A stretch of 64,000 nt of DNA from a virus. Lineage: Duplodnaviria; Caudoviricetes. The notes under the pieces are model-generated. The model saw only the letters and a program-made list of their open reading frames with translations. It did no database searches and was not told the DNA's origin. The DNA is taken from IMG/VR virus record IMGVR_UViG_3300033172_000001, positions 2,157 to 66,156 of that record. One strand, 5' to 3'. Positions 8,745-18,083 of this stretch are shown one piece after another. The first letter of the stretch is position 1; each line of letters begins with the position of its first letter. A program made the translations under genes and the position numbers.

Positions 8745-9562
8745 ACGTTTATGTGATTTCCGACATTCATCTTGAATTTTATGATGGTGCAGGAGCAAAT
8801 GCAATAATGAAAAAGATTGCTGCCCAAGTAAACCAATTTGAATGTAATGTTGTCGTGATTGCCGGTGATCTTTGCCCTATTAGGTGGGCAAGGCAAGTTT
8901 TGAATGAATTTGCGGAAATGGTTCCTGATAGTGATATTTTGTATGTTCCGGGGAATCATGAATTTTACGGAGAAAATTATGCAAGAATAAATAGAGACAA
9001 GCTCAATATTATTGTCTGGGAAGATTTGAATGATCGGGTTTTTATGTTGGATCGTTCAACGTATAGTAAGAATGATGTTGTTTTTCATGGAATTACCGGA
9101 TGGATAGACGAATCATGGCAACGAATTCATTTTGATGAAGACATGGTTGAATATGATTTTTACAGAAAGCGGTATTCTGATTTTTCTCAAATTAAGAATT
9201 TTCAATTGACTCTTGAAAAAGGAAAGTCAGACTTTAAATGGCTTTGTAACCAATTGAATAATTACAAAGAGTACAATGCTCGAATTCAAGAATACAATGT
9301 TTATCAGCACCAAATTGTGATAACTCATTTCATGCCATGTAAAGAATTCATCCATCCAAGGTTTCTCAAAAGCAAAATAAATAATTGTTTTGCAAACGAT
9401 TGGAAAGAGAAGATCAAAAATCTTGGAGTTGATTATTGGATTTATGGTCACACCCATGACAAGAGCATTAAGACAGAAAACAGCACAAAATTTATTTGCA
9501 ACCCGGTTGGTTATCCCCATGAGCCAGCTTATTTATTAACGGCTTACGTCATTAACCTCTAA
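8723..9562 (+). CDS. Metallophosphoesterase
   Basis: SDIHLE, AGDL, PGNHE, THFMP, YGHTH, NPVGYP. Confidence 0.88.
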   Translation: MGKIKGVNVYVISDIHLEFYDGAGANAIMKKIAAQVNQFECNVVVIAGDLCPIRWARQVLNEFAEMVPDSDILYVPGNHEFYGENYARINRDKLNIIVWEDLNDRVFMLDRSTYSKNDVVFHGITGWIDESWQRIHFDEDMVEYDFYRKRYSDFSQIKNFQLTLEKGKSDFKWLCNQLNNYKEYNARIQEYNVYQHQIVITHFMPCKEFIHPRFLKSKINNCFANDWKEKIKNLGVDYWIYGHTHDKSIKTENSTKFICNPVGYPHEPAYLLTAYVINL

Positions 9563-9574
9563 AAGGAAGAAAAA

Positions 9575-9826
9575 ATGGAAACACCACAGGAATCAACCCT
9601 TGACATTTTTGATTATTACACTATAATGGATAGAACATCTGTTATTTTAAACAATTTCGGAGATGTTGCGGTTCTGGCTGAAAGCTGTCCCGAATTGTCT
9701 GCTAAAGCAGATTCGTTGACAGAAGCGATTGCCGATTTTTATCAAAGTGCCGCTGATCGTTTCGATAAGGAACTTGATGAAATTGATGTTAGTGGAGAAT
9801 ATGATGAAGAGAATGAAGAGATTTAA
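9575..9826 (+). CDS. Acidic hypothetical protein
   Basis: ORF with RBS. Confidence 0.5.
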   Translation: METPQESTLDIFDYYTIMDRTSVILNNFGDVAVLAESCPELSAKADSLTEAIADFYQSAADRFDKELDEIDVSGEYDEENEEI

Positions 9827-9855
9827 AATGTCTTCAATTATTATTGATTGACACA

Positions 9856-9888
9856 AAAAGCAGAAGGAAATCCTTCTGCTTTTCTTTT
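9856..9888. terminator. Bidirectional intrinsic terminator
   Basis: AAAAGCAGAAGGA-AA-TCCTTCTGCTTTT between convergent genes. Confidence 0.75.
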
Positions 9889-9916
9889 TAAAGGAGAAAG
9901 GAATGATTAAAACCTT

Positions 9917-10684
9917 TCATCGTTTTTGACATTTCTCGCCGTGATGTTGTTTAAAATTTCCAGCATCAAAGAATCCGCCACAATGTTCACATTCAAATTT
10001 TGGTATATTTCTTGATGCTGGGTCAAAATTAGGATTTTCTTTACACTTTTCACCGTGCCATTTGTGATAGTTTAAAGAATTGTAATATTTACCACAGTAT
10101 TCGCATAATATATCTGGTCTTTCTGACATGATTTTTCTTTGTTGACGTGATCGTTTTTTTCGTGTTTCTGGATTAGCCCACCGTCTTCTGTTTTGTTCAC
10201 TATGTTTACTTCGTGTTTCTATGGACCTTTTGATCCCACAATTTGCTTGTTTCAACTCCCCGGAGATGTATCTTTCATCTAATACGGATATTCTAAAAAT
10301 TTTGCCTCTGTCATCTTTGACAGAAACCTTTCCTTTTGATGCTTTCCAAGCATCTCCTCTACCTCCGGTGCAGAGATTATATGTGTCTTTCCGTTTTACA
10401 AATGCTTCATTTACAAGTTCTGCTTCTTTAGCAAATGCTTCATTTACAAGTTCTGCTTCTTTAGCAAATGCTTCTTTTGCTGTATAAAAAACATGAAGAG
10501 TTTCACGAATGAAGTTTTCTTCACCATATTTCTTGATTGCTTTTTTCAAATCTTTGCCGCTACCCAAATAACCATCAAAGATAATAGGAAAGAAAAAATC
10601 TTGTTTATGAACGCCAATATAGATTTTCTGATTGACAAGATTAGTAGTCTGGTATACAATATAAATATGTTTAGATTCTGACAT
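9917..10684 (-). CDS. Free-standing GIY-YIG (Seg-like) homing endonuclease with C-terminal Cys/His zinc-binding motifs
   Basis: IYIVYQTTNLVNQKIYIGVH...GYLGSG...TYNLCTGG; CEYC..HKWHGEKC and CEHC..HHGEKC. Confidence 0.88.
   Translation of the reverse strand: MSESKHIYIVYQTTNLVNQKIYIGVHKQDFFFPIIFDGYLGSGKDLKKAIKKYGEENFIRETLHVFYTAKEAFAKEAELVNEAFAKEAELVNEAFVKRKDTYNLCTGGRGDAWKASKGKVSVKDDRGKIFRISVLDERYISGELKQANCGIKRSIETRSKHSEQNRRRWANPETRKKRSRQQRKIMSERPDILCEYCGKYYNSLNYHKWHGEKCKENPNFDPASRNIPKFECEHCGGFFDAGNFKQHHGEKCQKR
10399..10474 (-). repeat. 33-nt in-frame tandem duplication (EAFAKEAELVN x2)
   Basis: AAATGCTTCATTTACAAGTTCTGCTTCTTTAGC at 10400-10432 and 10433-10465. Confidence 0.9.
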
Positions 10685-10770
10685 GCTATACCTCGAATAT
10701 AGTGTGTCGGAGTTTAGGTTCACAGAAGAATTGACGGTTCTTCTGTGAACTGTTTATATTATTATTTATA
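10685..10770 (-). promoter_or_regulatory. Late promoter plus structured 5' leader of the GIY-YIG gene
   Basis: TATAAATA on the minus strand (10763-10770); 13-bp hairpin at 10718-10750; same layout at 42286-42370. Confidence 0.8.
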
Positions 10771-10782
10771 TAAGGAGATATT

Positions 10783-11730
10783 TTGAAAATAGGAATTTTT
10801 CACTATGATTTAGATGGAGTTTCATCTGCAATTGTGTTGAATCAAGTTTTCAAATTTGATCAGATTTTAAGGGGAGGATATAGTCGTATCCCTGAATTGA
10901 TTGACAAAATTCCTGATGATGCTTCCATTATTGTCTCTGATTTAGTCATTTCAGAAAATGATTATGAAAAACTTTTAGATAAGTCTAAAGGAAAATTGAT
11001 AATCATTGATCACCATCCTGAAACCAATAAAATCAAAGAAAAATATCCGAAGCATCCAATTTATTATGCAGAAGACAAAGCAGGAGCAATGCTCTGTTAT
11101 GAATTGCTGCAAAAGAAAGGAATAAAATTTTCGCTTGACTTGCGTGAATTAGTAAGATATACTAACGCATACGATTTATTTAAGCGAAAAGAAGAGAAAG
11201 CATTATTCACTGAAGGGTTTAACTTGAATCTTCTCTTCTGGAAATATCATTTTGATGCTTTTTTCACTAGGTTTGAAAATGGATTTGATGGATACACTGA
11301 AGAGGAACTTAAATTTATCGAATATTCGCGGAAGATGCAGAAAGAAATGTTAGAATCCACAAAATATCACGAATTTTTGGGGAACAATTCAAAAGCTCTT
11401 ATTTCTGTTCTTGCCAATTCTTCAATAATCAATGAAGTTCCTTACTATAAGACTGGATATGATGTTTATTTTATGATCACCAAGTTCAAAAATAACATTA
11501 ATATCAGTGTCCGGACAGGAGATAACGGCCTCATTATAAATTCTCCCTGCAAAGAAATTGAAAAATTAAAATACGTTTCAAGCGCGGGCGGACATCCTCA
11601 AGCGTGTGGAATTACAGTTGACGTGGACACTCCTGATGAAGCTCTAACCCGAATTATTTTGACTTATTATAAACTATTAGAGGAAACGAATGCCGATATC
11701 CTTAACAGAAAAACAAAAAGCCGCAGTTGA
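10783..11730 (+). CDS. DHH-family phosphoesterase
   Basis: HYDLDG, SDL, IDHH, DHHA1-like GGHPQACG. Confidence 0.85.
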   Translation: MKIGIFHYDLDGVSSAIVLNQVFKFDQILRGGYSRIPELIDKIPDDASIIVSDLVISENDYEKLLDKSKGKLIIIDHHPETNKIKEKYPKHPIYYAEDKAGAMLCYELLQKKGIKFSLDLRELVRYTNAYDLFKRKEEKALFTEGFNLNLLFWKYHFDAFFTRFENGFDGYTEEELKFIEYSRKMQKEMLESTKYHEFLGNNSKALISVLANSSIINEVPYYKTGYDVYFMITKFKNNINISVRTGDNGLIINSPCKEIEKLKYVSSAGGHPQACGITVDVDTPDEALTRIILTYYKLLEETNADILNRKTKSRS

Positions 11731-12397
11731 AGCAGTTCTGAAATTGATCACTGAAAAGAATCTTGCAGGAGAGATTCCAGAAGATTCTTGGAAAAAAGCA
11801 ATTGTTGATTGTGGTTTGCGGGTTCCGTGGAAAGTTTTTAAGCCGTATCTTCGTGATGATAATTCTATTTGGTATGAAGACTTTCTGGAACTATGTAAAG
11901 AAGCCAACATTGCTCATGTTTCTAATACTGGCATGGATGCTACTAGTACCCTGATTGACGAAATGATATCTTCTGATGAAGAATTGGAAGAAGATCAAGA
12001 AGAAACCGAGGAAATTGATACAACTCCAAAGAAAATTCTGAAAGATATTGGAATTGACAAATTTCATTATCGGGAAATTGTTCTTGAATCTGATGCAGAA
12101 GATAAGTATATCAAGACAAGAAAACGCCGCCGGATCAAAGAACGAGATCGGTTAAAATTCAAGAATCCAGTTTACATATTAGAAGTTATTGACTCTTTTG
12201 ATGAATCATGTGTTATCGGTGCAACTCTCAGTCTGGTTAATGCTTGGAAAATGAGAAAGCGAGCATTACACGACCACGGAGACACTGAATTTGAGGATTT
12301 TGAATTTGAACTTGAAACAAAAGGGGGGATTGTGATACGGTCAAATCAAATTAAGACTCTCCGTTGTCGTATTCAAAAATTTGAACTTGCGAGGTAA
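11690..12397 (+). CDS. Hypothetical protein
   Basis: Long ORF with an acidic central stretch. Confidence 0.55.
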   Translation: MPISLTEKQKAAVEAVLKLITEKNLAGEIPEDSWKKAIVDCGLRVPWKVFKPYLRDDNSIWYEDFLELCKEANIAHVSNTGMDATSTLIDEMISSDEELEEDQEETEEIDTTPKKILKDIGIDKFHYREIVLESDAEDKYIKTRKRRRIKERDRLKFKNPVYILEVIDSFDESCVIGATLSLVNAWKMRKRALHDHGDTEFEDFEFELETKGGIVIRSNQIKTLRCRIQKFELAR

Positions 12398-12847
12398 ATG
12401 ATGGAATTAGACCACATAGATTTTGAATTATTGAAAGATGCTCTTTTTTCAGAAATGTATAAAGAGTTAGACGCAAAAGATTTTAAAGAATTATTTAAAC
12501 ATGGTTTTGCGTTTGGTTCTGCTGTTTTTGGTGATAAAAAAACAGCAAAAGATTTTGATATTGCCGTGTATTTTGAAAGCCGGTCTTTTATTCAAGAATT
12601 ATTGGACGAAAAGAAAATTATTTACACAAACGGTTATAACAGTGACGATTACTTTGGGTGTTTTTACGGAAAGTGTCGTGGTGTTGTTATTAATATTCTT
12701 GATTTTTATACAAAGGAGCGGTTTGAAAAATACATGAAAGCAACAGAAATAATGACATATCTATATAAACACGATGGTTTTAAATCCCGGATGAATGATA
12801 AGCGTTTTCGGGTTCGTTTGTTTGAATTTTTTGTTGACGAACTCTAA
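12398..12847 (+). CDS. Putative minimal nucleotidyltransferase (Pol-beta superfamily)
   Basis: FGSAV....KDFDIAV matches the hGS-x-DxD motif. Confidence 0.5.
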   Translation: MMELDHIDFELLKDALFSEMYKELDAKDFKELFKHGFAFGSAVFGDKKTAKDFDIAVYFESRSFIQELLDEKKIIYTNGYNSDDYFGCFYGKCRGVVINILDFYTKERFEKYMKATEIMTYLYKHDGFKSRMNDKRFRVRLFEFFVDEL

Positions 12848-12865
12848 AAAACAAAAGAAATTAAA

Positions 12866-13180
12866 ATGAAAAAAACACAAAAAAATTCTTATAGTAATTC
12901 TCTTGAATCGTTTGTTGATATTCAGAACGAGAGTGATGATTGGGAAAATCTGTGGGTGAATATGCCCGAGTATATTCAAGACGATGAGAAAAAATATTCT
13001 TCTATTCAGATTCATTTTAAAACAAAAGATGATTTTGATGATTTTGTGCAAAAGATGAATCAACCAATAACCGAAAAAACCAAGTCAATTTGGATTCCAG
13101 AAAGGAAAAAAGAACAAAATAGGCTATTTAGATGGGTCGAGATCAATGAAAACAAAAACGGACATGAATCCAATGTATGA
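12866..13180 (+). CDS. Glycosyltransferase-associated small protein (paralog 1)
   Basis: IHFKTKDDFDDF..KMNQ.IT..TKSIW, shared with the next ORF. Confidence 0.55.
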   Translation: MKKTQKNSYSNSLESFVDIQNESDDWENLWVNMPEYIQDDEKKYSSIQIHFKTKDDFDDFVQKMNQPITEKTKSIWIPERKKEQNRLFRWVEINENKNGHESNV

Positions 13181-13475
13181 AAACTGCATGGAATTGCTTG
13201 GTGACGAACACGAAAAAATAACACTTGAGAGTTTTGTTGAAATACATTCTAAAAATGATGCTGATCTAAAAATTATCTGGGATGAGATTTCTGATATCGT
13301 AAAAGATAGTGACAAGAAATATAAAAGTTTGTATATTCATTTTGAGACGAAAAACGACATGGAAGATTTTTCAAAATCAATTAATCAAAAGATCAATAAA
13401 TCATCCAAAGAACTGTGGTACACAAAAAACAAACAAGAAAATAATTCAATTTTAGAGGATTTTTTAGAGTGCTGA
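13146..13475 (+). CDS. Glycosyltransferase-associated small protein (paralog 2)
   Basis: IHFETKNDMEDF..SINQ.IN..SKELW. Confidence 0.55.
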   Translation: MKTKTDMNPMYENCMELLGDEHEKITLESFVEIHSKNDADLKIIWDEISDIVKDSDKKYKSLYIHFETKNDMEDFSKSINQKINKSSKELWYTKNKQENNSILEDFLEC

Positions 13476-14482
13476 TTAATTCAAAATTCACAAATCCGAA
13501 ATATCCAGTTTACATTATTTCTAAAAACAGAGCAGATTCAATGCTTACCTCAAGGGCACTTGCACGAATGAGAATTCCTCATTTTATAGCAATTGAGCCT
13601 TTTAATCTCAAAGAGTACGATGAGGCATTAGACAATTTTGATATAAGAAAATATGTTACTCTTTTGGTTCTTCCTTTTGAGAATCACGGCGATGGTCCCG
13701 GAAGAGCAAGAAATTGGTGCTGGGAGCATTCAATCTCTATTGGTGCAGAAAAACACTGGGTCATGGATGATAATATTCATGATTTTTATCGTCTTCATAA
13801 TAACACACGATATAGAGTTGAAACGGGTGCTTTGTTTAGGGCGGCAGAAGATTTTGTTGATAGGTTTGAAAATGTTCCTGTGTCTGGGTTAAATTATAAA
13901 TTTTTTTGTCCCAAAGGTGCAAAACAGCCGCCGTTCGTCAAAAACACAAGGATTTATTCGTGTTTGCTGATCAGCAATAATTGCAAATACAGATGGCGAG
14001 GCAGATACAACGAAGATACCGATCTTTCATTAAGGATATTAAAAGACGGTGATTGTACGATTCAGTTTAATTTTTTTCTTCAAGATAAAGCAGCCACCCA
14101 GACCCTGGGTGGAGGAAACACCGAAGAATTTTATGCAAAGGAACTTGCCGATGTGATTGATGATGATAAGAAAGATAAATTGTCTACTATGTTGAAAGAT
14201 AAATTCATTCAACGCTTGAATCCCACGGGCACAAAAAACAAGACCGAAATGTTGGTAAGAATGCATCCTGACGTGACGAAATCAATTTGGAGATTCGGAC
14301 GCATTCATCATTTCGTGAACTATACACCATTCAAGAAAAACAAACTTAGATTGAAAGATGGATTGAATATTCCAAAGACAGTAAATAACTATGGAATGAC
14401 TCTTGTTAAATTCAAAGATGACGAAGAACTAGAATTATATTTCAAAACTAAAGCTGATTTGTCCACACTGGAGAGTCAATGA
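13469..14482 (+). CDS. TAGT/GREB1-like GT-A glycosyltransferase (probable DNA-base modification)
   Basis: YPVYIISKNRA, ARNWCWEH, WVMDDNI (DxD-like), YSCLLI, WRGRYNEDTDLSL, GGNT. Confidence 0.75.
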   Translation: MLINSKFTNPKYPVYIISKNRADSMLTSRALARMRIPHFIAIEPFNLKEYDEALDNFDIRKYVTLLVLPFENHGDGPGRARNWCWEHSISIGAEKHWVMDDNIHDFYRLHNNTRYRVETGALFRAAEDFVDRFENVPVSGLNYKFFCPKGAKQPPFVKNTRIYSCLLISNNCKYRWRGRYNEDTDLSLRILKDGDCTIQFNFFLQDKAATQTLGGGNTEEFYAKELADVIDDDKKDKLSTMLKDKFIQRLNPTGTKNKTEMLVRMHPDVTKSIWRFGRIHHFVNYTPFKKNKLRLKDGLNIPKTVNNYGMTLVKFKDDEELELYFKTKADLSTLESQ

Positions 14483-14550
14483 AAATTGACAAAGCATAAA
14501 TACATATAAGAATTTCTCTTACAAACTAAACAAAACAAAACAAAAGGATC

Positions 14551-15468
14551 ATGAAATCATTTAACGAATTTAACGAATACTTGCTTGAAAAACTTATTAC
14601 TTTTGGTGGCAAAGCATACCCAAAATTTGGTAATGTTGTCATTCTTGCTGGTGGCGGTGGCTCTGGGAAAGGATTTATACAGTCTCAATTAATGGGAATT
14701 CAAGGAAAGACGTTTGATGTTGACGCATTGAAAAGCCTTGCAGTCAAAAGCGAAAAAATCGCCCAAAGAGTCAAGAAAGAACTTGGTGTTGATCTTTCGC
14801 AGTTCAAGGTCAAAGGCGCGCTAAAAAATCCCGAAACCGTTTCATTACTTCATGATATTATTGGTGACGAATTGAGGCTCCCGGATAAAGAAAAACGGGC
14901 TTTTTTCTCCTCAATTATGACAGCCGACCCCGAAAGAAAACCTAACATTATTTTTGACGTAACCTTGAAATCTCTCCAAAAGTTTGACAATCTAATATCA
15001 AATGTTACCCGTCTTGGATACGACAAGAAAAACATTCATCTTGTGTGGATTATTAATGACATTGAAATTGCTCTGAAACAAAACGCAGAACGTAGCCGTT
15101 TTGTTAAACCCGAAATTCTGATTAACACTCATGTTGGCGCCCAACAAACTGTTGCTGATGTTATTAAACTTGGAAATAAGTTGAAATCTTATATGGATGG
15201 TGATATAGTATTTGCGTTCAATAAAATCGATGTTGATACGTCTTACATTAAATCGCCAGAGAAAGAAACAGATTTCAAATTCTTGACAACGAAAAACAAG
15301 AAAGGCGAAACCGTTAAAGTTGATGTGTCTGGTGGCGGTGGATATTTGAAGGACGCCAATTTCTTTTATATCAAACGTGCTGGAAAAGCGGTAATGAATT
15401 TTAATGATATTGATAAAAACATTCGAGCAAAAATAAGAGACTATGTTCCCAAGGGAGCAGAGTGGTAA
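14551..15468 (+). CDS. P-loop kinase-like protein (zeta-toxin/AAA_33-like)
   Basis: VVILAGGGGSGKGF, FDVD, IFDVT, ALKQNAERSR; CATAAATA late-type promoter upstream. Confidence 0.65.
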   Translation: MKSFNEFNEYLLEKLITFGGKAYPKFGNVVILAGGGGSGKGFIQSQLMGIQGKTFDVDALKSLAVKSEKIAQRVKKELGVDLSQFKVKGALKNPETVSLLHDIIGDELRLPDKEKRAFFSSIMTADPERKPNIIFDVTLKSLQKFDNLISNVTRLGYDKKNIHLVWIINDIEIALKQNAERSRFVKPEILINTHVGAQQTVADVIKLGNKLKSYMDGDIVFAFNKIDVDTSYIKSPEKETDFKFLTTKNKKGETVKVDVSGGGGYLKDANFFYIKRAGKAVMNFNDIDKNIRAKIRDYVPKGAEW

Positions 15469-15520
15469 TTCTTTAATGCATTAAAAATCATTCTAAAAAT
15501 CAAAATAAGGAAAAAATAAA

Positions 15521-16393
15521 ATGCCAGTTTCACGAATTAATCCTTCATCTTGGATGTATACTGATGGCAATGGTAAAGTTCAATCAGATGATATTGTCAA
15601 AGCAGCGGGCGGATGGTATAAAGTTCATCCGAATGGTTACAGAGAACTCATTCATTGTCTGAAAGATATTGGAAATGCCGCTCCGGTAATCATTTCTTTG
15701 GTAAACCCTCCCGACGATTCTTATTATGAAACAGATCCTCTGACGCTTGAAGTTGAATTTTCTGAAATTGTCAATGTTGTAACAACTGGCGGAACGCCTT
15801 ATGTTTACTTGACAGATCCAGTTTCAGGTGATACAGTTGAACTTGATTACGCTTCTGGTACAGGAACAGATACATTGACTTTCACCGGAACAATGTCTGA
15901 TATTGTGGCAGAATCGCTTCTTTTCTACCCTGAAATTCAACTTAATGGTGGAACTATCCTTGATGCAACATTGAATCCGATTGACAATGATTTCCCTTCA
16001 ACTTATGAACAACCTTGGATTATCGCAAACACTGAAGTTATTTTTGATGTGCTTAACCCAACAGATGGAGAATATGAAGTAACAGACGCTCTTACTTTTA
16101 CAGTAACCTATTCCGGTGCTGTTACGGTTAGTGGTACTGACACTGTTTATCTCCGCGTAACGGATTCTGAAGATACTGATATTGATATTGCATTGACTTC
16201 AGGAGACGGGTCAACTGATCTTGTCTTTACTGGACCAGCAACTGGTGCCGCCGATGGCCCGTTGACCGTTCATCCTGCCCTGATTCTTGGGGCAGATACA
16301 TTATTGGTTGACGCAAACACAAACGAAGTATCCGTTTCTTTCCCGAGTGGATACACTGCACCAGAAATTGAAATTATTACAGTAACCCCATAA
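15521..16393 (+). CDS. Putative virion decoration protein with two Ig-like repeats
   Basis: Repeats Y...D.LT..V.FS..V.V...Y...SGTGTDTLTF and Y...D.LT..V.YS..V.V...Y...SGDGSTDLVF; very acidic and Thr-rich. Confidence 0.55.
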   Translation: MPVSRINPSSWMYTDGNGKVQSDDIVKAAGGWYKVHPNGYRELIHCLKDIGNAAPVIISLVNPPDDSYYETDPLTLEVEFSEIVNVVTTGGTPYVYLTDPVSGDTVELDYASGTGTDTLTFTGTMSDIVAESLLFYPEIQLNGGTILDATLNPIDNDFPSTYEQPWIIANTEVIFDVLNPTDGEYEVTDALTFTVTYSGAVTVSGTDTVYLRVTDSEDTDIDIALTSGDGSTDLVFTGPATGAADGPLTVHPALILGADTLLVDANTNEVSVSFPSGYTAPEIEIITVTP

Positions 16394-16402
16394 TGAGGTA
16401 TC

Positions 16403-16780
16403 ATGAAACCTTATAAGAGCATTACGACACTTCTAAAGGAAGTGAAAGCTCCGAAAATATTGGCTGCCCATCGGAAGAAGGCTGTTACTGCTGTTCAAAA
16501 GGTACTCAAGCCGATTTATTTTGATCGTATACCGATTAATGAAATTGCTGATGCACTTGCAAAAGTCGGTGTTGTCATTCTTCAAGAGGACAACACCGAA
16601 TGGTCAGGAATCTTTGTTGGTTCGAGTGGCAATGTCACTCTTGCTCTTGGCCCAATAGAATCTGGCGAAAAAGTAAACGGAATTATGACGTATCAATCTT
16701 ACTCAAACGTCATGCTTGCTCTTCAGTGGTACAAAGAGCCGCCAAGAAAGAAGTTTGAAATAAACGGCTATATCACTTAA
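16403..16780 (+). CDS. Hypothetical protein
   Basis: ORF with RBS in the late cluster. Confidence 0.55.
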   Translation: MKPYKSITTLLKEVKAPKILAAHRKKAVTAVQKVLKPIYFDRIPINEIADALAKVGVVILQEDNTEWSGIFVGSSGNVTLALGPIESGEKVNGIMTYQSYSNVMLALQWYKEPPRKKFEINGYIT

Positions 16781-16833
16781 TTTAATGTCCTCTTTTGTTG
16801 ATAAATACAAAAAACAAAGGAGGACATACTTTC

Positions 16834-17196
16834 ATGATATGCGATGATTATTCATTCATACAAACAGCAAAAACCTTTTATGATAATGGTGATTGCAATT
16901 CATTAGAAGAATTTGAAACCGATATTTCAAGAATTGTTTTTATTGGAAATCATTTCAATAGATTTGATAGACACGGAACGACTAATATTTCTTTGTTGTT
17001 GAACCATTTTATTTCTTTTGTTAATTGTTTCGGTTTTATTAGTGAAGAACTATTGAAATACAAATTACCTCACCATTTTGAAAAGATAAATTCATTGTTT
17101 ATTTTTATAGGGAATAAAACATTTGACGGAGAAACAAAAATTGATGAAGAACTTTTTATTGCCCTTCAAATAAACACAAAAAAGAAAAAAGCATAG
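16834..17196 (+). CDS. Conserved T4-like hypothetical protein
   Basis: EEFETDISR...LLLNHFISFVNCFG pattern; GGAGG RBS. Confidence 0.55.
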   Translation: MICDDYSFIQTAKTFYDNGDCNSLEEFETDISRIVFIGNHFNRFDRHGTTNISLLLNHFISFVNCFGFISEELLKYKLPHHFEKINSLFIFIGNKTFDGETKIDEELFIALQINTKKKKA

Positions 17197-17203
17197 GCAA
17201 TTT

Positions 17204-17956
17204 ATGTCCGCTTCAAGAGCTATTGACTACTATATGTCTTACCGTTTTATCCGAGAATTGACAAAATCTTGGACACAAATGGAGGCGTATAAACTTGGAA
17301 TTATTGACGAAAAAGGAAACATATTAAAAAAGTCAAGAGAGTTGAAATCACAAGACGAACGTAATGCATATACTCCTTTTAATAGAATGGTGTGGAATCT
17401 TAAAAAGTTGCTTGAAAAACTTGGCGGCAAGTCAAAAATTGTTTCATATTCATCCGCCGCTTGGATGTTAAAAGAAAACAAAAAGATGGTCCAAATGGAA
17501 ATCGAAAAGATCCTCAGTGAAGAGGAAGCAGCAACAAATACTTCATCGGGAGTTGCAGACAAAGACACTCCGTTGTTTGTTGTAAGACGAAAGAAAAAGA
17601 AAAAAGAAGAAACCGAAGAAATCAAAGAAAAAACAGCGTTGTCTTTAAATAAACTTTTACTTGAACTTGATCCTGAAAAACGAATCAATTCTTTAACTGA
17701 AGCAGCAAAAAGACCACTTAAAAGACGAAGAAAAGTTATTCGTAAAGGAAAAGTTAGATATAAAATTTTCTGTGGTCCTGGAAAGAAAGCCGAAGGAAAC
17801 AGATGTGTAGTAAAAACATCTAAAGACAAAATGAGATACAAAAAGGCTGCAAGACTTCGCAAAAAGAAAATGGCAGGGAAATCAAAAACTGCCATTATCA
17901 GGAAGGCTTTGAAGTCAAAGAGAAGAAGAAAAGCTATGGGGTTGAATAGGAGGTAA
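17204..17956 (+). CDS. Conserved T4-like hypothetical protein with highly basic C-terminus
   Basis: YRFIRELTKSW..MEAYKLGIIDEKGNILKK...LKKLL; K/R-rich tail. Confidence 0.55.
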   Translation: MSASRAIDYYMSYRFIRELTKSWTQMEAYKLGIIDEKGNILKKSRELKSQDERNAYTPFNRMVWNLKKLLEKLGGKSKIVSYSSAAWMLKENKKMVQMEIEKILSEEEAATNTSSGVADKDTPLFVVRRKKKKKEETEEIKEKTALSLNKLLLELDPEKRINSLTEAAKRPLKRRRKVIRKGKVRYKIFCGPGKKAEGNRCVVKTSKDKMRYKKAARLRKKKMAGKSKTAIIRKALKSKRRRKAMGLNRR

Positions 17957-18083
17957 ATTTTTATTTTCTTTCTTGATTTTCTGATAATTACTAATTATAA
18001 TGAAATAAAAAGTCAAGGAGGAAATATGTTAAATTCGTTTTATCAAAAGCACGGACATCGAAATATATGTCCGTGCTTTTTTA

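Noticed and set aside
17239-17895. Long antisense ORFs from the track (e.g. 17239-17895, 35374-36042, 47658-48392)
   Set aside because: They are shadows of well-supported sense genes, without RBS or recognisable motifs.
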